From NCBI GenBank assembly GCA_047602765.1, contig JBLKOL010000003.1, positions 1-58,451 on the forward strand: a stretch of DNA of 58,451 nucleotides, written 5' to 3'. The notes beneath the pieces were generated by a model. That model was not told the DNA's origin. It ran no database searches and saw nothing but the letters and a program-made list of their open reading frames with translations. The position numbers and the translations under genes are program-made. Below, piece by piece: positions 38,748 through 48,573 of this stretch (positions are counted from its first letter, which is position 1; every line of letters starts with the position of its first letter). Source of the stretch: Candidatus Woesearchaeota archaeon (GTDB lineage: Archaea; Nanobdellota; Nanobdellia; Woesearchaeales; WAPJ01).

Positions 38748-38922
38748 CCTTGGCCATGATCGTCTTACGGCCGTTCGCACGCGCACGCGCGATCGCACGC
38801 TTGACGAGCTCTTGCACTTCGTCGTTGAGCGAGTCTGCGAAGTCGGATGCGACGCTCATGTTCTCGCCTGCAGCTTGTACTACGAAATCCTTTACCTTTG
38901 CTTTCACGATCAGATTCGTCAT
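38740..38922 (-). CDS. Short histone-fold protein (DUF1931-like / face-to-face-type histone)
   Basis: 60 aa; LIVKAKVKDFV..SVASDF..L..V..LVKRA..RA.ANGRKTIMAKDV with terminal RxTxxxxD and no alpha3 helix. Confidence 0.85.
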   Translation of the reverse strand: MTNLIVKAKVKDFVVQAAGENMSVASDFADSLNDEVQELVKRAIARARANGRKTIMAKDV

Positions 38923-38977
38923 AGTGGTTCACCCAAGAGAGGCGCGGGAGGACTCGTTTTTAAGCGTTCTCCTTGAT

Positions 38978-40645
38978 TCACGGATGCGCATACCAGAGAA
39001 CCGTACGATCAGCCTCGTGCGCATCGACACGACAGAATCCGAAGCGTTCGAGTTGGACGATCGAACCGACCGGCTCCGAAGAGATCGAGGACTCGATGCA
39101 ACCGTGCGTTGTAGAGCCGTCAGGCATCACGATTTCGCACGAGCGGTGATCGTGAGCAGAAAGCCAATTGATGATCGCAGTACCGCCTTTGGCTCTGAAT
39201 TCAGCGATCGAATCAGAGACGAGGCAATATGATGAGCCCGATGCCTCGATGTTCCCTGCTTCTATGAGGCGGAAGAAACCGAGCTTCGCATCATCTGATC
39301 GGATGAGGAACGAGCCTGACGCTTCGAGTACGCGGTCGCTCTCTTCGAGTTCGGGGTGGGATTTGAGGCGTACGATACGCGGCTCGTAGCCTTCGACCGT
39401 GATCTTGAGAGGATCGTAGACGAACGAATAGCGCTTCGCAGCGCGATCGACATGACGACGGTTGTATTTTGCGAGCATCTTCTCATCGACACGCGTCTGC
39501 GTCGGCGAGAGCCCAACCTCGCGAGCGATGTCACGGAAGGTCGCGGCTACGAACCCGCGGCGCCTCATCGCCTTGAGCGTCGCTAATCGCGGGTCATCCC
39601 ACCCGCTGAATACGCCTGATGCAACGCCTTCGCGGATCGCACGTCCCGACGTCTCCTTGCCCTCGATACGGAAGCGACCGTACTGGTAGACACGAGCCTT
39701 GGGCAGTCCGAGCCTCTCTCGAAGAACACCCTGGAGCTCTGCGCGCATCTCTCCGAACGCATTATCACGGATGATGTGCGTGATGCCCTCACGACCATCC
39801 ATGACGACGTTCACCAAGTCGTAGAGGGGCCACACGCGGTACGAATCGCCACAACGGTAGTGCGACGCCGTACTGATACGCGCCAAGACAGGATCGCGCA
39901 TCGCAGCGTTCTTATGCTCCATATCACCGGCGAGCCGGATGACGACCTCACCAGGATCATACACACCCGAGCGCATGTTCTCGAACTCGAGCAGGTGATC
40001 AGAAGAAGACTTATCGCGGCACCCGCAGCGGACACCGTCCCGCCGCATCTGAGACATCGAATCGCGATCGCAGAAACACGCATACGCATCACCCTGCTCG
40101 ACGAGCCGTGTGATCGCCGCATAGAACTCATCCATGTGCTCGGATGCGAAGGACGTGACATCCGGCGCAATGCCGAGGTATTCGATGTCTTCAAGGATAG
40201 CGGTTACGAACTCCTCGCGGGCCAGTTGCGGATTCGTGTCTTCGAAGCGCCAGACCACCGACCCCTCGTAGCGTTCGGCATAGATCGTATTGATGTACGA
40301 GTGCAACGCGTGTCCGACGTGAAGCGGCTTGCTCGGTTCAGGAGCGATACGCACGCAGAAGGGACCATCCACTTCGAGCGCGACCATCTCCTTGGTCGTA
40401 TCCTTCTCGACGTACTCGACGCCGAGACGCTCAGCTTCAGCACGGATCGCTGGAGCATCGAATGTACGGTAGCCTTCGGCGATCGCAGCGATACGCTCGC
40501 GCACCTCGCCCATGACCGGTTTGAGTTCGGACGCGTGCTCTTTCATGATCGCTCCGAAGACCGGCTTCTCGTTGATCACGCCGTTCTTGAGCGCGGTATA
40601 GATGATCTCGCGACGGATGGCTTCTTCAACCTGTTCTGGTATCAT
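38978..40645 (-). CDS. gltX: Glutamate--tRNA ligase (archaeal type)
   Basis: RIAPEPSKPLHVGH, RFEDTNP, RDPVLARI, WPLYD and GWDDPRL.TL motifs. Confidence 0.96.
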   Translation of the reverse strand: MIPEQVEEAIRREIIYTALKNGVINEKPVFGAIMKEHASELKPVMGEVRERIAAIAEGYRTFDAPAIRAEAERLGVEYVEKDTTKEMVALEVDGPFCVRIAPEPSKPLHVGHALHSYINTIYAERYEGSVVWRFEDTNPQLAREEFVTAILEDIEYLGIAPDVTSFASEHMDEFYAAITRLVEQGDAYACFCDRDSMSQMRRDGVRCGCRDKSSSDHLLEFENMRSGVYDPGEVVIRLAGDMEHKNAAMRDPVLARISTASHYRCGDSYRVWPLYDLVNVVMDGREGITHIIRDNAFGEMRAELQGVLRERLGLPKARVYQYGRFRIEGKETSGRAIREGVASGVFSGWDDPRLATLKAMRRRGFVAATFRDIAREVGLSPTQTRVDEKMLAKYNRRHVDRAAKRYSFVYDPLKITVEGYEPRIVRLKSHPELEESDRVLEASGSFLIRSDDAKLGFFRLIEAGNIEASGSSYCLVSDSIAEFRAKGGTAIINWLSAHDHRSCEIVMPDGSTTHGCIESSISSEPVGSIVQLERFGFCRVDAHEADRTVLWYAHP

Positions 40646-40974
40646 AGAGGTATCCCCAGGAGCGCTTTGAGATCGGACGAAGGCTCCCATCGTTTCTCGA
40701 ACGTGAGTTCGAGCTCGACATCACCAACACCAGGCGCTGCTCCGACCTTGGCTTTGACCTCGTCGATGAGTTCAGGACCGTACGGGCAGAAGGGTGTGGT
40801 GAGTGTCATCAGGATGTGTACGGAACCCGTATCGATCGTGATCGCTCTGATGAGCTCGAGCGTGTAGATGTCAACGTGAAGTTCGGGATCATCGATCGAC
40901 TCGAGCGCTTCTACGACCTCGCGCGAGAGCTGCGCATCATCGCTTACGATCGTCGGCTCGAACTTCATAGGCAT
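40642..40974 (-). CDS. DUF59 / MIP18-type Fe-S assembly protein
   Basis: I.DPELHVDI..L.LI and MTLTTPFCP motifs. Confidence 0.9.
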   Translation of the reverse strand: MPMKFEPTIVSDDAQLSREVVEALESIDDPELHVDIYTLELIRAITIDTGSVHILMTLTTPFCPYGPELIDEVKAKVGAAPGVGDVELELTFEKRWEPSSDLKALLGIPL

Positions 40975-40978
40975 CGGG

Positions 40979-41431
40979 TTAGGATGCGGTTCTTATGCGT
41001 TGTGTTCGATACAGATCAGGAGCGATGGGTGTGAGGACGAATCGATGATCCTCGAAACAACCGACCGCCTCAGGAGCGATCCAGTGCAACCCCTGAGGAG
41101 CACGCTCGGCAAGCGCGAAGACGATGGCATCGAGGTCTTCGTTGATGCGCGGGTCGAAGAACCCCGTACTGATGCTCGCATCCCAAGCGCGAGCAGATGT
41201 GAATACGGTGTGAGCATCGGCACGGACGTACCGTGCGCTCCGTGGAGCCACGAGCACAGGCTCCGTATCGACGCCGAGGTACGATTGTGCAGGGCTTGCG
41301 AGCGCTTCACGGGCTAAGCCACCCCACTTACCCGGACCGAGCTCGATCACATGCGCATCGCAACAGAGCGACGCGAGCACTCTGCGTGCGCTCGGGTTGT
41401 TGAGGATCACATACCGGTATTCGACGAACAT
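40979..41431 (-). CDS. Small class I SAM-dependent methyltransferase-like protein
   Basis: IELGPG, GVD and ADA motifs I-III. Confidence 0.6.
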   Translation of the reverse strand: MFVEYRYVILNNPSARRVLASLCCDAHVIELGPGKWGGLAREALASPAQSYLGVDTEPVLVAPRSARYVRADAHTVFTSARAWDASISTGFFDPRINEDLDAIVFALAERAPQGLHWIAPEAVGCFEDHRFVLTPIAPDLYRTQRIRTAS

Positions 41432-41445
41432 AGCGCATCAGGACG

Positions 41446-41519
41446 TGGACTGGCGGGGATTTGAACCCCGGGCCTCACCGCTGCCAGCGGCGCGTTCTAC
41501 CGAGCTGAACTACCAGCCC
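41446..41519 (-). tRNA. tRNA-Ala(GGC)
   Basis: GGGCTGG/CCAGTCC acceptor with G3:U70, CGCCG-CTGGCAG-CGGTG anticodon arm. Confidence 0.97.
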
Positions 41520-41563
41520 ACAGAGACGGCGGAACCTCGAACTCTTCTTAAACGTTGTTGCGC

Positions 41564-42760
41564 TCAGCGTGGTGCGAAGAAGGAGCTCGCTTGTTGAGCC
41601 GCAACGCGATTGATGTCCCTGCGACCGTTCTCCGTGGGTTCGAGTTGTTGCGCGATCCAATCGTAGAGTTCGGGGTTCTTATGGATCATCACATAGAGGA
41701 GTCCTAGAGTCTCGTCGTTCGCTTCGGGAGCTCGCTGTGCGAGGTCGACGATCCTGAGTGCATGGTCCCTGGCGTCTTGAAGCGATGAATAGCTCGACAG
41801 GTGTTCGATCAGGGACGAACCTTCTTTCACGTACCACGCGCTGTGCGGACCGACCGAACTGCGTACCTTCTCGATGAACGGTTCGGAAAAGTCCTCGGCA
41901 AAGACGTTTCGAGCGTGGTCCTGTCCGGCTGTATAGGCGAGCAGGAGCGATGCTGCATCCACGTCGAATCCATGGGAGGAGAGATATGCAGCCATATACG
42001 TGATCATCGTGCCTGCTGCGAGCGCGCTCTCGTACGCATCTTCGAGATCGAGGCTTTCAAAATCATCCGGGATTATCGAGGCGAGGGAGAGCATCCGGCG
42101 TGCTCCCGGGGATCCTACGAACGCTCCTTCGAACCGCTCACGTTCTTCCTTCGTTAGAAGAGTATCGTAGTCTCGTATCGTCCTCCAACGGTTCTGTGCG
42201 ATATCAGGCCAGCGTTCGCCGAACTGCCTCTCGAAGTACGAACGCGCTTCACCTGCTTGTTCGAGAACACTGTGAAGACTACCTGGTTTAACATGATGAT
42301 GACCCCGAGGAGCGTTCGGGTCATCAGTCGCATAACCGAACGGCGTGAGGATCCGACCCCCTTCGGACTCGAGGATGCTGATCGTCGCAAGCATCGCAGG
42401 AGGGACGCCCATGACGGCTCCGGCCCGCTCGTAGGCTTCGATGTCGTCTCGGGTGAGGTGTGCGAGCGAAGTTACGGCCTTGAACGAGAGTTCAGGCGAA
42501 AGCTCGGAGGAGGACGCATGCGAACTACTGATGATAGATTCGAGCGTTTCACCCGCCGTACGTTCGGCTTGGCTGATATGTGGAGTGGGAAACGGATCTT
42601 CGCGCTGCTCGACACTTGGAGGTTGTCGGAGGTGTCCGAGCATTCCTTGCGGGATGTGCTCTTGTACGTATCCGTCGATGAACGGCAGGGCGAGGAGTCC
42701 TGAGATTACTCCGGCGATCCCTTTCTGACGCCATGATCCATACGACTTACGAACAGACAT
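41564..42760 (-). CDS. Membrane-anchored lytic transglycosylase (SLT/lysozyme-like) domain protein
   Basis: N-terminal anchor; AG..GVPPAMLATISILES (catalytic Glu), SPGARRMLSL (degenerate motif II), G..YMA.YL and LLAYTAG (AYNAG motif). Confidence 0.7.
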   Translation of the reverse strand: MSVRKSYGSWRQKGIAGVISGLLALPFIDGYVQEHIPQGMLGHLRQPPSVEQREDPFPTPHISQAERTAGETLESIISSSHASSSELSPELSFKAVTSLAHLTRDDIEAYERAGAVMGVPPAMLATISILESEGGRILTPFGYATDDPNAPRGHHHVKPGSLHSVLEQAGEARSYFERQFGERWPDIAQNRWRTIRDYDTLLTKEERERFEGAFVGSPGARRMLSLASIIPDDFESLDLEDAYESALAAGTMITYMAAYLSSHGFDVDAASLLLAYTAGQDHARNVFAEDFSEPFIEKVRSSVGPHSAWYVKEGSSLIEHLSSYSSLQDARDHALRIVDLAQRAPEANDETLGLLYVMIHKNPELYDWIAQQLEPTENGRRDINRVAAQQASSFFAPR

Positions 42761-42852
42761 AATGTTACTACTGCATAGTGAATATATAAGGATTGTGGTG
42801 TTCTCCGTGGTTCAACCGCAACCGTTTAAAAACATCGTTCCTGAGCAGACCC

Positions 42853-43260
42853 ATGGCATCCGTCTTCACCAAGATCATCAACGGCGAACTCCCAGCCCAG
42901 ATACTCTACGAAGACGAGCGGTTCATCGCCATACTCGACATCAACCCCGTGAACCACGGACATGCGCTCGTCATCACCAAAGACGAAGTACCCGACTTCG
43001 AAACGCTTGACCCCGAACTCCTCGGACCGCTCTTTACCACCGTACAACACGTCGCACGCGCAGTCGTCAGAGGAACGAACGCCCAGGGGTTCAACGTCAT
43101 GACGAGCAACGGATCCGCAGCAGGACAGGAGATCGAACACCTCCACGTCCACATCATTCCACGCTTCGAAGGAGACGGATTCACTCACTGGAAGAGCGGG
43201 GCGTACGAAGACTCCGAAGAGATGGAACGCGTCGGAGCAGCCATCAGGAACGCGATCTGA
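42853..43260 (+). CDS. HIT family hydrolase (canonical)
   Basis: VFTKII.GE.PA..LYED, DINP..GH.LVI and HLHVHIIPR motifs. Confidence 0.95.
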   Translation: MASVFTKIINGELPAQILYEDERFIAILDINPVNHGHALVITKDEVPDFETLDPELLGPLFTTVQHVARAVVRGTNAQGFNVMTSNGSAAGQEIEHLHVHIIPRFEGDGFTHWKSGAYEDSEEMERVGAAIRNAI

Positions 43261-46200
43261 AGACCATCGCCACAGCGAGCATCGCACCAACGAAGAGGGC
43301 GAGCATCACCGGGAGCTCCATGCGAGGACTCATCGATACTTCCTCGAGCGAATCGTCCACAGGAACGGGGTCCGTCGGCTCGATGTAGATCGAACGATCC
43401 CCCACCAGCACCTCTTCAGGAGCCGACTCAACAGGATCATCACGACCAGATTCGAGTTGTGATCGGACCTCTTCTTCAGGCAGGGCCTCGGGCTCTTCGA
43501 CCTCAGCCGGCACAGGACGGAACGAACCACCAGACCTACCGGAGCCTCCTCGTGACCGCGCAGGAGAATCAGGTTCAGAAGCTGCTTCAACCACCTCTAC
43601 AGAGACGGTGAGAACCACTTCATTCCCGAGCAGATCGAACACCGCATACGACCCCTCATCAGCATGAGCGAGGATTACCGACGTGTTCAGAGAACTGTTG
43701 AACCCGAGACCGGGAATCGTGATCGGTGTGAGATCCTCGAACAAAATCGTAACCTGCGAAGGATCATCGCTGCCGAGCGTTATGGGAACCATGCGAGGAG
43801 GCTTCGTATCGACGAGCACACCGGTCGGTTGATCGATACCCACGCGATTACCCGCATGGTCCTCAAGCTCGAATACGAGCAGAACATCTTCGGATTCGAA
43901 TCCAGAAACTGCCGTGCAGAGAACCTCCCACACAGAACCGGTACCTGAGACTTCACAATCGAGCGCTTCTGAAGACACGTTCGCTGATGCGAGTTCCTCA
44001 GAAGCCTCGAATACGAAGGTAACCGAGCCGTTCACACCGAGCACCGACGCATTCGAATCGAACGAGACGATCCAAGGAACAACCGCATCCAAACGAACCG
44101 ATGGGAGCACAGCCCGATTCCCCGCACGATCAGAGAGGTCGTGGAGGAGGACGAGTGACTCGTCGAAACTCGCATTCGAAGACGCATACTCGACAAAGAG
44201 CGTACGATCATCGAGCCAGGACGATGTTGCAACGACGAGAGCCTCATCGGGAAACACCAAGAAGTTGCGATGCGTATCCATATCCTTATCGAAGACGATA
44301 TCGAATGAACCAAACGCAGAAAGAAGAGAAGGAAGAGAACCGACGGGAGGCGTGGTATCGACCGATACGCCCGTATCGATAGCAACAGTAGCACTGTTTC
44401 CCGCAATATCTTCGAGTACTATGGTGAGCAGCGCGTCTTGCGTATCTGCACCAGACACAGCTGAACACATAATCTCTCCATCCAAGCCCTCAACAGACGA
44501 ATCACATATGAGTTCGTCAGAAGAAGCGTCCACCGATGCGAGTTCCTCAGAAGACACGAACGAGAACGCAACCGAGCCGTTCACACCGAGCACCGACGCA
44601 TTCGAATCGAACGAGACGATCCAAGGAACAACCGCATCCAAACGAACCGATGGGAGCACAGCCCGATTCCCCGCACGATCAGAGAGGTCGTGGAGGAGGA
44701 CGAGTGACTCGTCGAAACTCGCATTCGAAGACGCATACTCGACAAAGAGCGTACGATCATCGAGCCACGAAACGTTAGAAGACACCAGAGCAGCATCAGG
44801 GAACACAACCGAAGACAACGCAGTATCCATATCCTTATCGAAGACGATAGCGAACGAACCAAACGCAGAAAGAAGAGAAGGAAGAGAACCGACAGGCACC
44901 GAGGCGTCAACAGATACTCCGGTTCCGATATCCTCTTGATTCGTGTTCCCAGCAACATCCTCAAGCACGAGCGAGAGCACAGCATTCTCAGACACCGCAT
45001 CCTGGAGCGCCACGCACACCACCTCACCAGCGAGACCACTCAGTGAAATCGTGCAGTCGAGCGCGTCTGAAAACACGTTCACCGATGCGAGTTCCTCAGA
45101 AGCCTCGAATACGAAGCCTACCGAGCCGTTCACACCGAGCACCGACGCATTCGAATCGAACGAGACGATTGTAGGAACAACCGCATCCAAACGAACCGAG
45201 GGAATCAGGGCAGGATTGCCAGCACGGTCAGCCGCATCATGATCGAGGAGTACCACGTCATCGAAACTTGCGTTCGCAGCACTATACATGACCATGAGCG
45301 TGCGATCATCGAGCCAGGACGTCGTCGCATCGACAAGCGCAGCATCAGGAAACGAAACCGTAGCTAGAGCTGTATCCATGGGCTCGTCGAACACGATCTC
45401 GAACGAGCCGGCAGCGGGAATCACGTCAGCAAGCGTTCCTTGAGGGGGAATCGTATCGAACGAGTACTCGTTCCACACTTCGATAGTGCGGTCACCGAAA
45501 GACGCAGAGACGGTTTCGATGGATCCCCCATCGCTCGGACCGTTCACGGTACGGTTGAACACATAATACCCATCCGAGCGCGGAACTTCGATCACGAGCG
45601 AATCAGACTCCGCTTGCGCTTCGATCGAAACCGTGATCAACTCAGGAGCGTAAGAGAAGATCTCGATCCGAGCCTCGTACTCACCGGCTGGGAGCAGGGT
45701 TCGATCGGTATCGTACGTTATGCGAGCATCCGCAAGCTTGAACAACTGCTCTTCGGTCTTCGAAACTCCGAAGTCGGTATCGAGATAGGCGAAGAAGACG
45801 TACGCTCCCGAAGGACCCTCGCCGATCACCGTCCAGTTGAGCGAACACGAGTCACCATCATCGAGCGCGCACGACTGGGGATTATCAGAAGATGTCCAGA
45901 AGGGACGAGCACCAGGAGTCGTCGGCACCACACCCTTGCGCGATGCAGGATCATCGAGATGAAGCGAAGGATACGAGCGAAGCGACGAGTCACTGACCGA
46001 ACCTGACGCTGAGAGCATGAGTCTGAGCGCTTCAGGAGCGAGCGTACGCGCATAGCGTTCCTCCCAGAATCCTGAGAGAAGAAGCGCAGAACCAGCACCG
46101 TGAGGAGCGGCCATCGACGTACCGCTGCGGGCGAGGAACGCGCCATCCTTGTCAGAAGACGTGATGAATATCCCCGGAGCGAAAAGAACCCCGGTGTCCC

Positions 46201-47509
46201 GCGCGCTAAGCGATGCGATATTCGCACCATCAAGGGCACCCACCGCCACCGCGTGAGGAGCACAGGCCGGAGATGAGACTCCCAGATACGGTTGGTGTTG
46301 ATTGTAGTAGTTCCCTGCAGCAGCGAACACCGCGATGCCAGCCTCATGTGCGTTGGCGACCGCCTGCGCTTCAGGTAGGATATCGCACGAACCATGGTAG
46401 ACGCGATTCGTACCCAGGCTCATGACGATGGCTCTGATGTCGTAGACATCGCGCATCTGAGTACAGTATTCTATTCCTTCGATGACTTGATCGATCGAAC
46501 CCCTCCCACGGTTATCGAGCACGCGGACCGCGACGATCGAAACAGAAGGTGCGACACCGCGATACTGAGCGTCGCGAGAAGCGACGATACCCGCAACGTG
46601 CGTACCGTGTCCGTATCCGTCGAACGGATCAGCATCGTCATCGACGAAATCGTATCCTCCGATAACCACGTCGCACGAAGCATCATTGATATCGCTCGTG
46701 CGCGCACACCCCCCCAAAGCAGGATGCGTATAGTCGACGCCCGAATCGATCACACACACCGACCCTGAACCGAACGACTCAGACCAATAGGCCGACGTAC
46801 CGATCGATGCTACCGATTCGTCGAGCATCGCGAACACTTCGAGATTCGCGAACACCGCCACAGAAGGTTCACGAGGTGCGGAACGTCCGATACGATCCCG
46901 TACCTGTTCAGGAACAGAGCGAAGAGAACTCACACGGTCAAGCGCCTCACGCACACGCGTCACCTCGCGACCCTCATCGCTCACGACGATCACCATATCA
47001 TCATCATCGAGCGAGCGCACCTGCGGGTCGATGTACGGATCGAGCGTTACGATCACCTCACCGCACGGGCCTCCGTCGCACGAGACGTTAACGTACGCCT
47101 CGAACGTAGAACCGAGCGGACCCTCGGAGCGATTCAACGAGAAGTTCGAAGAGAGCACGCCGCGCTCGACAAGCTTGATGGTGTACGGTCCAGACGTATC
47201 ACCCTCGACGCGAGCCGTGAGCGTCTCGGAACGACCCGCACTCCACCTCGCATACGCATCCGTCGTGAACGAGCGTCGATCACGATCAGACCTGATGAAC
47301 ACGTTCGAGCCGCGCAGCACCGAGAGTTCGACATCCACCGAATCGCTCGAAACGAACAGTTCGTAGTCTCGCCCCTCCACCACTTCAAACGGATGCAGAG
47401 CGCTCGAACCATCCAACTCCCCCGAGATCTCGATTCCGGACTCGAGCGCCGAGACTGCACTGACGAACACGGCGAAGAGCACGAAGAGGATACCGAAGCG
47501 CATCATCAC
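43244..47509 (-). CDS. Cell-surface subtilisin-like S8 protease with Ig-like repeats and C-terminal TM anchor
   Basis: Signal peptide, VIDSG / HGTHVAG / SGTSMAAPH triad, D.AGN repeats, C-terminal TM. Confidence 0.93.
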   Translation of the reverse strand: MMMRFGILFVLFAVFVSAVSALESGIEISGELDGSSALHPFEVVEGRDYELFVSSDSVDVELSVLRGSNVFIRSDRDRRSFTTDAYARWSAGRSETLTARVEGDTSGPYTIKLVERGVLSSNFSLNRSEGPLGSTFEAYVNVSCDGGPCGEVIVTLDPYIDPQVRSLDDDDMVIVVSDEGREVTRVREALDRVSSLRSVPEQVRDRIGRSAPREPSVAVFANLEVFAMLDESVASIGTSAYWSESFGSGSVCVIDSGVDYTHPALGGCARTSDINDASCDVVIGGYDFVDDDADPFDGYGHGTHVAGIVASRDAQYRGVAPSVSIVAVRVLDNRGRGSIDQVIEGIEYCTQMRDVYDIRAIVMSLGTNRVYHGSCDILPEAQAVANAHEAGIAVFAAAGNYYNQHQPYLGVSSPACAPHAVAVGALDGANIASLSARDTGVLFAPGIFITSSDKDGAFLARSGTSMAAPHGAGSALLLSGFWEERYARTLAPEALRLMLSASGSVSDSSLRSYPSLHLDDPASRKGVVPTTPGARPFWTSSDNPQSCALDDGDSCSLNWTVIGEGPSGAYVFFAYLDTDFGVSKTEEQLFKLADARITYDTDRTLLPAGEYEARIEIFSYAPELITVSIEAQAESDSLVIEVPRSDGYYVFNRTVNGPSDGGSIETVSASFGDRTIEVWNEYSFDTIPPQGTLADVIPAAGSFEIVFDEPMDTALATVSFPDAALVDATTSWLDDRTLMVMYSAANASFDDVVLLDHDAADRAGNPALIPSVRLDAVVPTIVSFDSNASVLGVNGSVGFVFEASEELASVNVFSDALDCTISLSGLAGEVVCVALQDAVSENAVLSLVLEDVAGNTNQEDIGTGVSVDASVPVGSLPSLLSAFGSFAIVFDKDMDTALSSVVFPDAALVSSNVSWLDDRTLFVEYASSNASFDESLVLLHDLSDRAGNRAVLPSVRLDAVVPWIVSFDSNASVLGVNGSVAFSFVSSEELASVDASSDELICDSSVEGLDGEIMCSAVSGADTQDALLTIVLEDIAGNSATVAIDTGVSVDTTPPVGSLPSLLSAFGSFDIVFDKDMDTHRNFLVFPDEALVVATSSWLDDRTLFVEYASSNASFDESLVLLHDLSDRAGNRAVLPSVRLDAVVPWIVSFDSNASVLGVNGSVTFVFEASEELASANVSSEALDCEVSGTGSVWEVLCTAVSGFESEDVLLVFELEDHAGNRVGIDQPTGVLVDTKPPRMVPITLGSDDPSQVTILFEDLTPITIPGLGFNSSLNTSVILAHADEGSYAVFDLLGNEVVLTVSVEVVEAASEPDSPARSRGGSGRSGGSFRPVPAEVEEPEALPEEEVRSQLESGRDDPVESAPEEVLVGDRSIYIEPTDPVPVDDSLEEVSMSPRMELPVMLALFVGAMLAVAMVFRSRS
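43811..45457 (-). repeat. Three tandem 549-bp (183-aa) repeats in the S8 protease
   Basis: Unit-start Asp codons at 45457, 44908, 44359 and 43810 (exact 549 spacing); 44021-44218 is identical to 44570-44767. Confidence 0.92.
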
Positions 47510-47586
47510 AGAGTGGTTACAACTGGACTTTATGAACCTTGAGGATGCGATACGCTTAAAACCACTCCTGGCGCCTCGCAGCGTGC

Positions 47587-47701
47587 GCCGGCGTAGCTCA
47601 GTTCGGTTAGAGCGCCAGACTCATAAGAATGAGTGAAGAGCCGAAAGGCGATGACCATCTCGGAAATCTGGAGGTCGCGGGTTCAGATCCCGTCGCCGGC
47701 A
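47587..47701 (+). tRNA. Elongator tRNA-Met(CAT) with a 40-nt intron at 37/38 (47626-47665)
   Basis: GCCGGCG/CGCCGGC acceptor, CCAGA/TCTGG stem restored after splicing, AA|A 3' bulge; ATACGC-TTAAAAC promoter upstream. Confidence 0.9.
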
Positions 47702-47724
47702 TAAACCGATTCGCGGAGGAGAAG

Positions 47725-47958
47725 ATGGAACACGACACAGACGAATACGAACTCGACGAAGACCTCGAAGACGACAAGCCGTGGGAGACGTTCACCATCA
47801 GCGAAGACGCATGGACCGAAGTGTGGAAACAGGTCCAGCACGTCAATATCGACGCTGAAACGATCGCCGACCTCTTCAACGGGGTCTTTCCGGACGGAAC
47901 CCAGGCAGCAAAAGCATACGCCTGCTTCCTCGTGCTCAGCGACGAGTTCGACGAATAA
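47725..47958 (+). CDS. Small highly acidic protein
   Basis: 77 aa, GGAGGAG RBS, Asp/Glu-rich. Confidence 0.6.
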   Translation: MEHDTDEYELDEDLEDDKPWETFTISEDAWTEVWKQVQHVNIDAETIADLFNGVFPDGTQAAKAYACFLVLSDEFDE

Positions 47959-48016
47959 CCCCAAACCTATTCTCTATATACAAGGATTAGTAAAGAGATC
48001 CACCGGCTCCGAGGCG

Positions 48017-48436
48017 ATGAACGTCACGCGACTCTTCTACTACACAACGGACGAAACCGCATACGATGCTGCCACGATTCACAGTACGCTCGTTGAGAAC
48101 GCAAGAACCGCAGATAGACGTAAACCACAGATCGTCCTCTCCCGCATCGGGCCCGATGATCTATCAGCTTACGAGCTCTACCTCGCCCACCAAGGCGCCC
48201 TTTCAGCCACCCCAACGCATTGGGCTGAAATCGACCCTCACAGCATACCTCGCAATTCAGAGACCGGCTTATACCATGCAGAGAACGACCGGAACAATCA
48301 ACATATCGTGCGGATACCTGAACGCGAAACGCTCTGCGTTCGCATCGTAGACTTCGGAGCCTTCAATTGCGGGGACCGACCGAAATCAGATTGGGATCCG
48401 GTACGCAAACTGAGAGAATTCGGCTACATAGATTAG
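48017..48436 (+). CDS. Hypothetical protein
   Basis: 139-aa ORF with TATA-like TCTATATA upstream. Confidence 0.5.
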   Translation: MNVTRLFYYTTDETAYDAATIHSTLVENARTADRRKPQIVLSRIGPDDLSAYELYLAHQGALSATPTHWAEIDPHSIPRNSETGLYHAENDRNNQHIVRIPERETLCVRIVDFGAFNCGDRPKSDWDPVRKLREFGYID

Positions 48437-48573
48437 CGTTCAACCATACTCGCTCGGCAACGAACGGTATACGACACAGACAGTGCTCTCAAGCAGGCTG
48501 CGGGACACTCCGCTCGCTAATCCAATCCGTAGGCGATCCCATGGGTACGCAGACCGCAATAGCATACGTTCGG

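Noticed and set aside
43811-45457. Regular direct repeats as a possible CRISPR array or mobile element
   Set aside because: In-frame 549-bp coding repeats, with no spacers or cas genes
47629-47724. In-frame ATG inside the tRNA-Met intron extending the acidic ORF
   Set aside because: Overlaps a valid tRNA; a strong RBS supports ATG 47725, so it is probably coincidence
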